A stretch of 64,000 bases of DNA from Pseudomonadota bacterium (lineage in GTDB: Bacteria; Pseudomonadota; Gammaproteobacteria; Burkholderiales; Burkholderiaceae_A), in assembly GCA_039800345.1 (NCBI GenBank), contig JBDLQX010000073.1, forward strand, positions 3,697 to 67,696, read 5' to 3'. Positions within the stretch are counted from its first letter, which is position 1. Every line of letters begins with the position of its first letter. Shown one piece after another: positions 1 to 9,247 of the stretch. The position numbers were made by a program, and so were the translations under genes. The notes beneath the pieces are model-generated. The model worked only from the letters and a program-made list of their open reading frames with translations. It made no database searches and was not told where the DNA came from.

Positions 1-1
1 G

Positions 2-490
2 CAGAAGATTCGGGCGCGTCATATCGAGAGGATGCGCGCAGACGCGGCCGGAATTTTTCATCCGGCCTGGGCAGAGCACCTTCAGAAGTCGGAGTCGATC
101 ATTCTTCAACCCATTTTTGATAGCGAGGTCGAGACCATGTGCCAGGGGCGCGTGGCCTTCATTGGCGATGCTGCCTTTGTCGCGCGGCCGCACGTGGGGC
201 AGGGTGTTACCAAGGCCGCTGGGGATGCCCTCTGTCTGGCCCGCAGCCTGCGGGATGCCGCGATTACTGATGTTCCGCGTCTGCTCCACCGATTCTCGGA
301 AGCACGGCTCGCGATAGGCCGTATGGCAGTCGAACACGCCCGGCAGATGGGCGCACCTGTGGTGGTCAGCCCGTTACTGAAGGACGGGCTGCATTGGGAG
401 GCCTATTACTCGCAGCCAGAGAATCTTGTTCGAGACACCGCCGTCGAACTGGACGGGGTGGTCACCAAAGAAGAGGCTGCAACAGCCTAA
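2..490 (+). CDS. FAD-dependent aromatic/heteroaromatic ring monooxygenase, C-terminal fragment (gene begins upstream of the window)
   Basis: The frame is open from nt 2 with no stop before the first Met at 32, so the gene is cut by the window edge. 'GDAAFVARPHVGQGVTKAAGDA' is the second FAD-contact motif of PHBH-fold flavin hydroxylases. From memory it resembles 2,6-dihydroxypyridine/salicylate-type hydroxylases. Confidence 0.75.
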   Translation, partial: QKIRARHIERMRADAAGIFHPAWAEHLQKSESIILQPIFDSEVETMCQGRVAFIGDAAFVARPHVGQGVTKAAGDALCLARSLRDAAITDVPRLLHRFSEARLAIGRMAVEHARQMGAPVVVSPLLKDGLHWEAYYSQPENLVRDTAVELDGVVTKEEAATA

Positions 491-541
491 ATCCCCCATT
501 CATCTTTACAAACGACTTAAAAACTTTTCAAAGGAGAACAC

Positions 542-2665
542 ATGCCGGGACTGCACGTTGGCGTTGACATTGGAGGCACCTTTACCGATTGCGTGGTGAT
601 TACCGAGAAGGGCGCCGTGGTCACCACGAAGTCCCCCTCGACGCCACCGCATTTTGCGGATGGAATGGTCTCTGCTCTTGAGCTTGCAAGTAAAGAATTG
701 GGCATGGCGTTCAGTGATTTCTGCGAGAAGATTGCGGTGCTCACCCACGGTACTACTGTTGGTACGAATGCCCTGATTCAACGGCGTGGGGCCAAGGTGG
801 GAATGATCACCACCAAGGGCCACGAAGACGCCATTCACATCATGCGTGGGTCGCGAGGTGTGACTTCTCGTAATCTCAACCAGGTGGTGCATTTTCCCGA
901 GAGCCAGAAGCCGGTGCCTATCGTGCCCAAAAAATGGATACGGGGTGTCTCAGAGCGCGTGGACTGCATGGGTGCCGTCGTAGTCCCGATTAATAAGGAT
1001 GACGTTGAGCAGGCCATTACCGAACTGCTCGATCAGGGCGTGGAGGCGATTGCCGTCTGCCTGCTCTGGTCGTTTAAGACCCCCGCCCACGAGCAGTACA
1101 TTAAGGAGCGCATCCTCAAGCGGGCGCCCCATATTTTTGTATCGTGCTCTGTCGATCTTGCCCCGAAGTGGGGTGAGTACGAGCGTATGACGGCCACGGC
1201 GCTCAATGCCTATATTGGGCCCGTCACCTCAGACTACCTCAAGAAACTCGATCGACGCCTGAAGTCGGCAGGCTATAAGAAGCCGCTGCAGATCACCCAG
1301 TGCGGGGGCGGATCGATCTCTGTAGAGCGGGCCATCGAGGCGCCTCTGCTCACGCTCGATTCCGGACCGGTATCGGGTGTCACGGGCTCGCAGTTCTTGG
1401 GCCGTATTCTGAATATGGAGAATGTGATCACCACAGATATGGGGGGCACCTCGTTTGATGTGGGCATCATTCACGCGGGGCAGCCTTCGTTTAGTTTTAT
1501 GGCCAACGTGGCCCAGTATGAATACTTCATTCCGAAGGTGGATATCCAGGCGATCGGCTCTGGGGGGGGATCGCTGGCGGTCGTCGATCGTCTGACAAAG
1601 ACACTACGGGTAGGCCCCGAGTCGGCTGGTGCAAACCCAGGTCCGGCCTGCTACGGAAAGGGTAACGAGACGCCCACGGTCACCGATGCCGACCTCGTGC
1701 TTGGCTATATCGATCCCGACAATTTCCTCGGTGGAAAGATTGTTCTGGATAAAGAAAAGTCGGTTGCGGCTGTTCAGCGCGTGGCGGACCAACTCGGCCT
1801 GGGGCTCTACGAGACGGCGGCGGGCATTGCAAAGATCGCCGAATTCAAGATGGCCGACATTATTCGAAAAACAACCGTCGAGAAGGGCCTCGATCCACGC
1901 GACTTCTCCTTGTTTGCCTTTGGTGGTGCAGGCCCTGTGCACGCCGGTATTTTTGCAAGGGAGCTGGGAGCACAGAAGGTTCTTGTGCCTCTGAACCGAG
2001 TCGCTTCCACCTGGTGCGCCTTTGGTGCAGCTACGGCCAGCCTGCTGCATATTCATGAACGGGTCGAGATTCTCTCCTCCCCCTTCGACCTGAAGAGGGT
2101 CAATGCTGTGCTCGCCGAACTCTACGCGGGGGCGAGTAAGCAGATGGGGGCAGACGGCATTCCTGCCTCAGGCCGACAATTCCAATTCTCCGTCGATATG
2201 CGTCACCGTGGACAGATCAATGAGGTTGAGGTGCCCCTAAGTAGTGATTCCGTGAAGGGGGGCATGAAGCTTACCGACAAAGATCTTGCGCAACTGATCG
2301 AGCGATTCTATGTGCGGTATGAGGCAATCTACGGCAAGGGATCGTCTTATCGCGATTCTCGCCTCGAGATGGTTACCTTCCGGCTGCGTGCCATGGGGGC
2401 CTCGCGTACTGTCACCCTACCGAAGGCCAAGCGCAGTTCGTCCGTCATTAAAGAGAAGGCAAAAACGGGTAAGCGCAAGGTCTACTGGACCGACCTCGGC
2501 AAGCAGGCCGTCACCCAGGTCTATAACGGTGAGTTGTTGGAATTCGGAAACACCGTTGCGGGCCCGGCCATTGTGGAGACCAGTCACACCACGATTGTGG
2601 TACATCCCCAGCAGAAGCTGCTGGTCGATGCCTATGGAAACTTTGAACTCAAGCTCGGGAGATAG
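542..2665 (+). CDS. Hydantoinase A / oxoprolinase / acetone-carboxylase-beta family ATP-dependent enzyme subunit
   Basis: 707-aa ORF with an AAGGAG Shine-Dalgarno just upstream. The N-terminal 'VGVDIGGTFTD' is an actin-fold ATPase motif, and the length is typical of HyuA-type subunits. Its stop lies 2 nt before the next start. Confidence 0.9.
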   Translation: MPGLHVGVDIGGTFTDCVVITEKGAVVTTKSPSTPPHFADGMVSALELASKELGMAFSDFCEKIAVLTHGTTVGTNALIQRRGAKVGMITTKGHEDAIHIMRGSRGVTSRNLNQVVHFPESQKPVPIVPKKWIRGVSERVDCMGAVVVPINKDDVEQAITELLDQGVEAIAVCLLWSFKTPAHEQYIKERILKRAPHIFVSCSVDLAPKWGEYERMTATALNAYIGPVTSDYLKKLDRRLKSAGYKKPLQITQCGGGSISVERAIEAPLLTLDSGPVSGVTGSQFLGRILNMENVITTDMGGTSFDVGIIHAGQPSFSFMANVAQYEYFIPKVDIQAIGSGGGSLAVVDRLTKTLRVGPESAGANPGPACYGKGNETPTVTDADLVLGYIDPDNFLGGKIVLDKEKSVAAVQRVADQLGLGLYETAAGIAKIAEFKMADIIRKTTVEKGLDPRDFSLFAFGGAGPVHAGIFARELGAQKVLVPLNRVASTWCAFGAATASLLHIHERVEILSSPFDLKRVNAVLAELYAGASKQMGADGIPASGRQFQFSVDMRHRGQINEVEVPLSSDSVKGGMKLTDKDLAQLIERFYVRYEAIYGKGSSYRDSRLEMVTFRLRAMGASRTVTLPKAKRSSSVIKEKAKTGKRKVYWTDLGKQAVTQVYNGELLEFGNTVAGPAIVETSHTTIVVHPQQKLLVDAYGNFELKLGR

Positions 2666-2667
2666 TC

Positions 2668-4986
2668 ATGCTGAAAGTCAGTGAACTAAAAGATGTGTCC
2701 TTTAATGGCCGCGAGATGGGCTATGTGCCCCCCGAAAAACTGCGTATCTCGAAAAAGCTCAAGCTTCATACCAAGGCGTCGAAGAAGCTCGATCCCATCA
2801 CTTATGAGGTGATTCGACACAGCCTCTGGAACGTCAATGAGGAGCACGGGGCAACGATTCAGCGGCTCTCCGGCTCGCCAGTTGCCATGTATGCCCTAGA
2901 TCTCAACCCGTCGATCCTCACCGAAGATGGGGAGTTCGTCTATTTCGGTCCCTACATGCAGTACATGTCTGGTGTTACCGATACCCAGGTGAAATGGATT
3001 CTTGAGAACCGGTCAGAAAATCCTGGTATCAAAGACGGCGACATGTTCTTGGCCAACGACCCCTGGGTGGGTGCTGCCCACCAGCAGGATGTCATGCTGA
3101 TTTGTCCAGTCTTCCATGAAGGGGAGCTATTTTGCTGGGTCACCAACTGTCTGCACCAGTACGACATTGGTGGCATCACGCCTTCAAGTTTCTGTATGTC
3201 GGCTAAAGATGCTTTTGAAGAGGGCATCCTGATTCCGCCTGTGAAGATCATTGAAGGGGGGGAGATCCGGAAAGATATTGAAGACCTTTACCTTCGGTCG
3301 TCCCGAAAGCCTGCCTCAGTCGCCCTTGATTTCCGTGCCCAGCTAGCCGGAAATACCACAGCCAAGGAGCGTGTCGAGAGCCTGCTGCGCAAATATGGGG
3401 GCGATACCGTGAAAGCCGTGATGCGCAAGATTCTCAATGACGGTGAGGCGGCGTTCTTAGAGAAAATGTCGCGATTGCCTGACGGCGTCTGGCGCGACCG
3501 CACCTATGTGGAGTGTTCACGCCCCGGGGATCGTAAGACACACCAGGTGCAGCTTACGCTGCGCAAGGCGGGCAACACTCTGATCTTTGAGAACGATGGC
3601 ACCGCAGAACAGGAAGGCGCGATGAACGCCACCTTCTCCGGATGGCGTGGCTCTATTATGGTGGCCCTCAATCAGCTGCTCTGCTGGGACCAGTACTTCG
3701 CGATTGGTGGTGCCTTGCGCCATGTGAAGTTTGATCCGACCCCGGGCACGATGAACTGCGCCAATTTCCCCGCCTCTGTTTCTACTGCGCCGGTGCAGGC
3801 CATGGAGATCTCTTTGTATCCGGCCTATAACGTCTTGGCAAAGATGATTTATGCCGACCAAGAGATGCGCAAGGACATTATGTGTATCGGGGGCACCAGC
3901 CAGTGGCCAGCGACCATCTTTCGTGGCAAGGACCAGTGGGGAGAGAATTTTGGCTACATCCTCGTTGACCCCATTGGCGGTGCGATTGGTGCCTTCTCTA
4001 CAGGCGATGGCATCTCAACCGGCGGCCAGTCTCGTACCCCCATTTGTAAACTGCCTAACATTGAGCACACCGAGCAGACCTTCCCCGTTCTCTTTCTCTA
4101 CCGCAAAGAGTTGCTCGATTCGGGCGGGGCGGGCCTGAACAGGGGAGGTATGTCGGCAGAAACCTGCTTCATCCCGCACAACACGGCGACGATTACCCAC
4201 GACACCCTGTCGTCGGGCAATGCCGTACCGACCTCTACGGGCATGATGGGTGGCTATCCTGCTACCGTAAACGTCTACAAGTTCAAGAAAGATACCGACA
4301 TTCTGAGTCGCTTTGGTGCCTCGGCGTTGCCGTCAGACATTTCAGAGGTCTCGGGTCAAGAGGTAACACTGGAACTGCGGCAGCAGAACTTTCAGCAAGA
4401 CCCCTCCGATGTCTACGCGGTGGTCTGGACCGGTGGCGGTGGCTACGGCGACCCTTTGGCACGCGATCCCGAGAAGGTGGCCGAAGACGTGAACGAGAAC
4501 CGGGCAGTCTCACTTCAGGCTGCTGGAGAAATCTACGGTGTGGTGCTGAAGGCCAACGGTGAGGTCGATGTGGCAGCAACGGCCTCTCTTCGGTCGGAAA
4601 TTCTGGCCCGCCGTAAGGGCTATTCCGTGCAGGGCACGCCTGGGAAGACCCCAACGAAGCTCTCGGGTAAGGTCTTTAAGCAGATCACTGAGAACTTGAA
4701 CTTGCAGTATCCCGAGTCCGGAAAATCCAATAAAACAGGACTGCGGTGGGCCTGTAGCCACTGCGCAACAGATCTCGGATCTGCGAAGGAAAACTACAAG
4801 CTGGGCTGTACTCGACACGACGCACCGATTGCGGCCGCCAATCCCAACATTGGCGACTGGAAGCGGTATGTGGATGAGGAACCAACCTTCCGACAGTTCT
4901 TCTGCCCGGGCTGTGGCTATCTGATTGAGAACGAGATTGCGCGCAAGACCGATCCTCTGCTGGAGGATATCCAGATCAAGATCTGA
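2668..4986 (+). CDS. Hydantoinase B / oxoprolinase family subunit with a C-terminal acetone-carboxylase-gamma-like Cys4 zinc module (fusion)
   Basis: 772 aa. HyuB-type core motifs are present ('DPITYEVIRHSLWNVNEEHG', 'GGGGYGDPLARDPEKVAEDV'). From about residue 645 (nt ~4600) there is an extra domain with CSHC (nt 4753-4764) and FFCPGCG (nt 4902-4913), like the small gamma subunit of acetone/acetophenone carboxylases. Confidence 0.85.
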   Translation: MLKVSELKDVSFNGREMGYVPPEKLRISKKLKLHTKASKKLDPITYEVIRHSLWNVNEEHGATIQRLSGSPVAMYALDLNPSILTEDGEFVYFGPYMQYMSGVTDTQVKWILENRSENPGIKDGDMFLANDPWVGAAHQQDVMLICPVFHEGELFCWVTNCLHQYDIGGITPSSFCMSAKDAFEEGILIPPVKIIEGGEIRKDIEDLYLRSSRKPASVALDFRAQLAGNTTAKERVESLLRKYGGDTVKAVMRKILNDGEAAFLEKMSRLPDGVWRDRTYVECSRPGDRKTHQVQLTLRKAGNTLIFENDGTAEQEGAMNATFSGWRGSIMVALNQLLCWDQYFAIGGALRHVKFDPTPGTMNCANFPASVSTAPVQAMEISLYPAYNVLAKMIYADQEMRKDIMCIGGTSQWPATIFRGKDQWGENFGYILVDPIGGAIGAFSTGDGISTGGQSRTPICKLPNIEHTEQTFPVLFLYRKELLDSGGAGLNRGGMSAETCFIPHNTATITHDTLSSGNAVPTSTGMMGGYPATVNVYKFKKDTDILSRFGASALPSDISEVSGQEVTLELRQQNFQQDPSDVYAVVWTGGGGYGDPLARDPEKVAEDVNENRAVSLQAAGEIYGVVLKANGEVDVAATASLRSEILARRKGYSVQGTPGKTPTKLSGKVFKQITENLNLQYPESGKSNKTGLRWACSHCATDLGSAKENYKLGCTRHDAPIAAANPNIGDWKRYVDEEPTFRQFFCPGCGYLIENEIARKTDPLLEDIQIKI

Positions 4987-5019
4987 CGCCTGTTCGGACG
5001 TCTCTGTTTTGTTCAGTCG

Positions 5020-5051
5020 CCCCGGTTACCGTGAGGTACCGGGGCTTTTTT
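5020..5051 (+). terminator. Rho-independent terminator after the hyuAB-like operon
   Basis: CCCCGGT(T)ACC-GTGA-GGTACCGGGG is a 10-bp stem with one bulge, followed by C+T6. It lies 34 nt after the stop at 4986. Confidence 0.8.
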
Positions 5052-5067
5052 CTCTCTCGGCTGGGTG

Positions 5068-5880
5068 TTACAGACCGAAATGATCGATCAGGATCTGATT
5101 GAACTCGGCAGGGTTTTGCACATTCGGCAGATGGCCTGCTTTACTTACAGAACGATAGCGGGCCTGGGGTAGTCGCTGCGCGAGTTCTGTGAGTGCCTTT
5201 GGGAAAGGCCCATCATTCTCGCCAGACACAAACGTCGTACGCACCGTAATGGCCTCTACCTGCGGCGCGTAATCAAGCTTCTGAATGGCCCGCGCACAGC
5301 CCACAAAGCCATTCGCAGAAGTCGCACCAATCTGCGATTTGAATTCCTGCATCAGGGCACTGTTCGCGGGGTCTTTTGCATAGTCGGCACCAAACCAGCG
5401 TTCCACTGTGGCATCGGCCATCGCAGCGCATCCTTGGGAGAGCGCAAGTTCTATGCGAGGATTCCAGGAATCGGCCATTTCTTTGGGCATGTCGGCGCGG
5501 GTGTCGCAAATGACAAGACTCTCAAACCGGGCGGTCTGATGAATACCAAGGCCAATACCAATCATGCCGCCTAGCGATAGGCCCATAAAATGGGCTCGAC
5601 TCTGCCCGAGCGCATCGAGCACACCAATGCAGTCACGCCCCAAGTCGTCCAGGCTAAAGCCGAGTTCTGTCGGGCCCGAGGCGCCATGGCCACGGGTGTC
5701 CATCGCCAGAACCCGATAGCCCCCTTGATGCAAAAGGGCTGCCTGTGCCTCCCACATCGCGGCTGCTGACAGAATGGAATGCGACAGCAGCACGACTCCC
5801 CGGGATCCTGTCTCGCTGTCATAGACGCAGATCTGCTGTCCGTTGGTGGTGATCGTCTTTTTTGTCCATCCATTGGTCAT
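5068..5880 (-). CDS. Alpha/beta-fold hydrolase (3-oxoadipate enol-lactonase / deformylase-like subgroup)
   Basis: 270 aa. It has a 'GLSLGG' nucleophile elbow, an 'LLSHSILS...MW' N-terminal region and an 'AGHLPNVQNP' catalytic-His region. Confidence 0.85.
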   Translation of the reverse strand: MTNGWTKKTITTNGQQICVYDSETGSRGVVLLSHSILSAAAMWEAQAALLHQGGYRVLAMDTRGHGASGPTELGFSLDDLGRDCIGVLDALGQSRAHFMGLSLGGMIGIGLGIHQTARFESLVICDTRADMPKEMADSWNPRIELALSQGCAAMADATVERWFGADYAKDPANSALMQEFKSQIGATSANGFVGCARAIQKLDYAPQVEAITVRTTFVSGENDGPFPKALTELAQRLPQARYRSVSKAGHLPNVQNPAEFNQILIDHFGL

Positions 5881-5964
5881 GGAATGTCTCCTTTAGGGTA
5901 GGGGTGTGGGCTGGGTAGGAAGATGGCGGGTGCGGGAGTGCGTTAGCGTGATGTCGCGTGTAGG

Positions 5965-8265
5965 CTAGAGGGGACCGAACGCAGGCGGCGGAACGCGCCG
6001 AGAGGAGACTTTCTCGTAGGCCGACGCCAAGGCAAGGGTCTGGGCTTCGCGGCCGATCTCTCCTCGAAAGACCAAGGAAAAAGGCAGGCCGGGGGCCGGG
6101 ATACTCTTTAATGACTTCCCAGGAACGCTTTTGAAAGATCGCCGATCCTCAGACAGGGCGAACTCCGCATCGCAGACCGCCTGAACGAACCCGGCCGGAA
6201 CGAGAATTTCGGTAAGCCCAGCATTGGGTCCGTGAAACGACTCAAAAAAGTAGTGACGGGCCAGACCGGGCTCTTCCGGATAGCCGATGCGGGCAGGTGG
6301 CAACACCGTATGGGCACGCACCAGGCACTCGAGCCGGTTCTCGTGTAAGACCATCATGTCGACACGCCGTAGCAGTTCACGCAGCATGATGCGTTCATCG
6401 ACGCCTTGACGGCCCCCGAGGGGATTGCGGGGGTCGACGATGGCCTCCCAATTCAAAAAGGCGGCCCGCTGGTCATCGCCCCAGAAACTCGACCGGGCAT
6501 TGAGTTGTCGCCAGTCTGAGAGGGTCTCCGTGATTCCCCATCGGCTCCAGTCTTCGGCCCGCCGACGGAGATACTGGCCGATATGGAGCCGAAAGGCATT
6601 GGCAAGGATCTGCTCTTGCACGGTGGCCAGATCGAGGTTTGAGGGCGGCGTGATGGTGAGGTCCGAGAGGGCCACAAGGTAGTCGATGGGCGCAAGATCG
6701 CCGCTGCCAAAGACTCTGCCCGGCTGAAATTCGGTGGGACGAATAGCCTGTGCGAAATCGGGGAAGACTGGCTTTCCCGTGGCGTCAAGGCGGAAGAGGA
6801 TGTCGGGCATAAAGACGGGAATCAGCCGCGCCAGAGCCTCGGTAAACGACGTCTCCATCTGCTCGAGCGCGGGGTCGGGCTGCCAGTGTCGATGTCGGGA
6901 TTCCACGAGCGTAAGCCCTAGGGTTGCGCCGAGCACCTCTTTAATTTCACGCGATACCGCGGAGAGAATCGGCTTGACGGCAAGCGTATTGCCGGGGTCG
7001 AGCATAGACTCTCGAATGACGCCAACGCGAAGCCCTTTGAGCGCCTCTCTCGAAGCGGGGCTTGCAATATGGGGCGAGAGGCCCTCCGGGGGCGGATAGC
7101 TGCTACGTGGAACGGTGGTGTAGGGATCACGTGGATCGTAATAGCCCCCCGAGTCGTCTCGCAGCGCATCGAGGATCTGGGCGCAGTCATCGAGCGTCTT
7201 GGCCATGATGCCTGTGCGGTCGCAGTAGATGTCTGCCCCAATCGCACCGCCATCGAAACCAAGCATAGCCTTGTGGGGAAGAATGAGGGCGGTACTGTTG
7301 TGGTTAGAGGGGCCGCGTGTAGACATGCGGGTCTCTTCCCCTAGGCTTGCCATAACCATATTCGTAGAGACTGACACCGCGGATCCGGAGCTTGAACCGA
7401 GCGAGGCTGACCGGGTGGTGTCGTAGGGGTTGGCAGGGTTCCCTCCCCAGGTGGACCGCTGATAGCCCGAGACCGAGGGTAGTACCTTCTCCGGCTTATG
7501 GGCGCCGCCTGGGTCTCCAGCCCTGCCGTTGTATTCAGTCATAACGGCTTTGGCGAAAATAATGGCGCCTTTTTCCCTCAGACGCTCTATCAGCTGATGG
7601 TCACGGGCGGGGAAATCGGCGTCGTATCGGGCATCCGCCCCCCCGGTGGAGCGCATGTCCTTCGTATCGAAGGCGTCTTTGAAAGAAAAGACCACCCCAT
7701 AGAGGGGCATCTTCTGAAGATCGGGATTTCTGCCGTAGCGCGCATCGAGGGCCTGGGCCTGCTCGAGTGCGTCCGGATATCGGCGAAAGATTTCGCAGAC
7801 CGCCGGGGCCCCCTCGGGCAGGGGCCCATCGTCAGGATGCCGATCGAAATCCCCGCGACAGACCACCGAGCGCTCGCCACGGATATTGAGCGTGGACAGG
7901 GCATTGACCTGGCCGCTGATCGGGTCGCCAACAATCATTCCGTACTGCTGCATCACAGAGGGGTCGGAGGCGGTGGGACGCATCTCCCCAAACTCAAGGG
8001 GCGGGCCCTGGTAGTCGGCGAGCCCCGGAAAAACCGATTCCGCAGCCACTGTCTGTGTCGGAAACCGCAAACGCGTACCGGCCCGAAGGGTTCCTGTGGC
8101 CGCGGGGACCGACTGCCCCTCTCTGGTCACCAGGAGTCCAGACGGGCCGTTAAAGGCCCGGGCCCGATCGATATATTGCTGAACCACCGCCACGCAGCTG
8201 GTCTCGCCCGATGTGATGGCACGGTGAAGGTCGTTAATGGAAGCTTCGAATACAGAAAAGGCCAT
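5965..8265 (-). CDS. Amidase-signature (AS) family amidase with a long C-terminal extension
   Basis: The AS region 'SLGSSSGSAVSVSTNMVMASLGEETRMSTRGPS' is present, with an upstream 'FSFKDAFDTKD' Lys region. The track ORF starts at 8304, but AAGGGA lies 10 nt before the Met at 8265 ('MAFSVFEASINDL', a typical amidase N-terminus), so 8265 is preferred. Confidence 0.85.
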   Translation of the reverse strand: MAFSVFEASINDLHRAITSGETSCVAVVQQYIDRARAFNGPSGLLVTREGQSVPAATGTLRAGTRLRFPTQTVAAESVFPGLADYQGPPLEFGEMRPTASDPSVMQQYGMIVGDPISGQVNALSTLNIRGERSVVCRGDFDRHPDDGPLPEGAPAVCEIFRRYPDALEQAQALDARYGRNPDLQKMPLYGVVFSFKDAFDTKDMRSTGGADARYDADFPARDHQLIERLREKGAIIFAKAVMTEYNGRAGDPGGAHKPEKVLPSVSGYQRSTWGGNPANPYDTTRSASLGSSSGSAVSVSTNMVMASLGEETRMSTRGPSNHNSTALILPHKAMLGFDGGAIGADIYCDRTGIMAKTLDDCAQILDALRDDSGGYYDPRDPYTTVPRSSYPPPEGLSPHIASPASREALKGLRVGVIRESMLDPGNTLAVKPILSAVSREIKEVLGATLGLTLVESRHRHWQPDPALEQMETSFTEALARLIPVFMPDILFRLDATGKPVFPDFAQAIRPTEFQPGRVFGSGDLAPIDYLVALSDLTITPPSNLDLATVQEQILANAFRLHIGQYLRRRAEDWSRWGITETLSDWRQLNARSSFWGDDQRAAFLNWEAIVDPRNPLGGRQGVDERIMLRELLRRVDMMVLHENRLECLVRAHTVLPPARIGYPEEPGLARHYFFESFHGPNAGLTEILVPAGFVQAVCDAEFALSEDRRSFKSVPGKSLKSIPAPGLPFSLVFRGEIGREAQTLALASAYEKVSSRRVPPPAFGPL

Positions 8266-8393
8266 GATGCATAATTCCCTTAATGAACGGATGATAAACA
8301 GCATTTGAGGGTTTGCAAGGTATGAGATTCACTAATACCGCGAATCCAGATGCCGTTATCTACTAGGCTACACAAAAAGGAGGCCTTATCACT

Positions 8394-9164
8394 ATGGCAA
8401 CGATCACGCACTCTCTTGGAACAACCGACTACGAGCGGGCAGGCCCAGCGGGCCAGAGGCCTTTGGTCTTATTTCACACTCTACTGGCCGATCGCAGTGT
8501 CTACGATGGAATTTTCGCGACCCTCGCAGAGAAGCGTGATGTCATTCGCTTCCAATTCCCCGGTTTTGGGGCGTCTGTTGGTGTCTGCCAGTCGATTGAC
8601 GACTATGCCCTATGGACCATCTCGTTTTTAAAGGCGCTTGCAATCGGTCAGCCCGTGGAGGTCTTCTCAAATGGCTTTGGCGGCTTTGTTTCGGTGGGGG
8701 TGACCAGTAAAGCGCCGGAGCACGTCTCACGCCTTACTATCGCCAATAGCGGCGCAGCATTCCCGGAGGAGCGTAGGGCCCCGCTGCTGAAGATGGCAGA
8801 GCTTGTCGAGACCAAGGGCATCGAGGCCGTGCTCGATACCGCGATCTCGCGTATGTTTCCGGAGGCCTTTGCTCAGGCCAATCCGGCGATTGTTCAGGCA
8901 CGTAAATCTGCCCTGGCGAAGACCAATCCAGAGCAGTTTTCGGCGGCCTGTCGGGCGCTGGCGCAGCTCGACTACCGTGCAGCAGCCCGTGCAATCGCTA
9001 GGCCGGTGCGTATCGTGGCGGGCCTTGACGATGCGACCACGCCGCCGGCGATGTCGCAGGAGTTGCATCAGCTCGTAGCGGGTTCAAGCTATGCTGAGAT
9101 TCCGGCCTGTGGCCACTGCCCACAAATTCAGCAGCCTGCGCGGGTACTCGAACTGCTTGCCTAA
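8394..9164 (+). CDS. Alpha/beta-fold protein with an atypical nucleophile elbow (S-N-G-F-G-G instead of G-x-S-x-G-G)
   Basis: 256 aa with an AAGGAGG SD. The overall layout matches enol-lactonase-type hydrolases ('LVLFHTLLAD', 'GLDDATTP', 'CGHCPQIQQP'). The elbow at nt 8667-8684 reads SNGFGG, so the expected Ser position is Gly. Confidence 0.75.
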   Translation: MATITHSLGTTDYERAGPAGQRPLVLFHTLLADRSVYDGIFATLAEKRDVIRFQFPGFGASVGVCQSIDDYALWTISFLKALAIGQPVEVFSNGFGGFVSVGVTSKAPEHVSRLTIANSGAAFPEERRAPLLKMAELVETKGIEAVLDTAISRMFPEAFAQANPAIVQARKSALAKTNPEQFSAACRALAQLDYRAAARAIARPVRIVAGLDDATTPPAMSQELHQLVAGSSYAEIPACGHCPQIQQPARVLELLA

Positions 9165-9247
9165 TTTAGGGTCTTGCCGCACTGCTGCATCTGTCGTTTC
9201 GCTGTAGGCGCTAACGCCTGCCTCTGTTTTTCTCTGAAAGGATTCTC

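Noticed and set aside
7498-8274. Long antisense or alternative-frame ORFs in the track: 7498..8274(+), 12709..13449(-), 33965..34771(-), 36026..36889(+), 38677..39375(-), 52162..52896(-), 58608..59354(-), 56478..57089(-).
   Set aside because: Each lies entirely inside a confidently recognised gene on the other strand or frame. Their translations are Arg/Pro/Gly-rich with no recognisable motifs and no SD, which is typical of shadow ORFs in GC-rich DNA.
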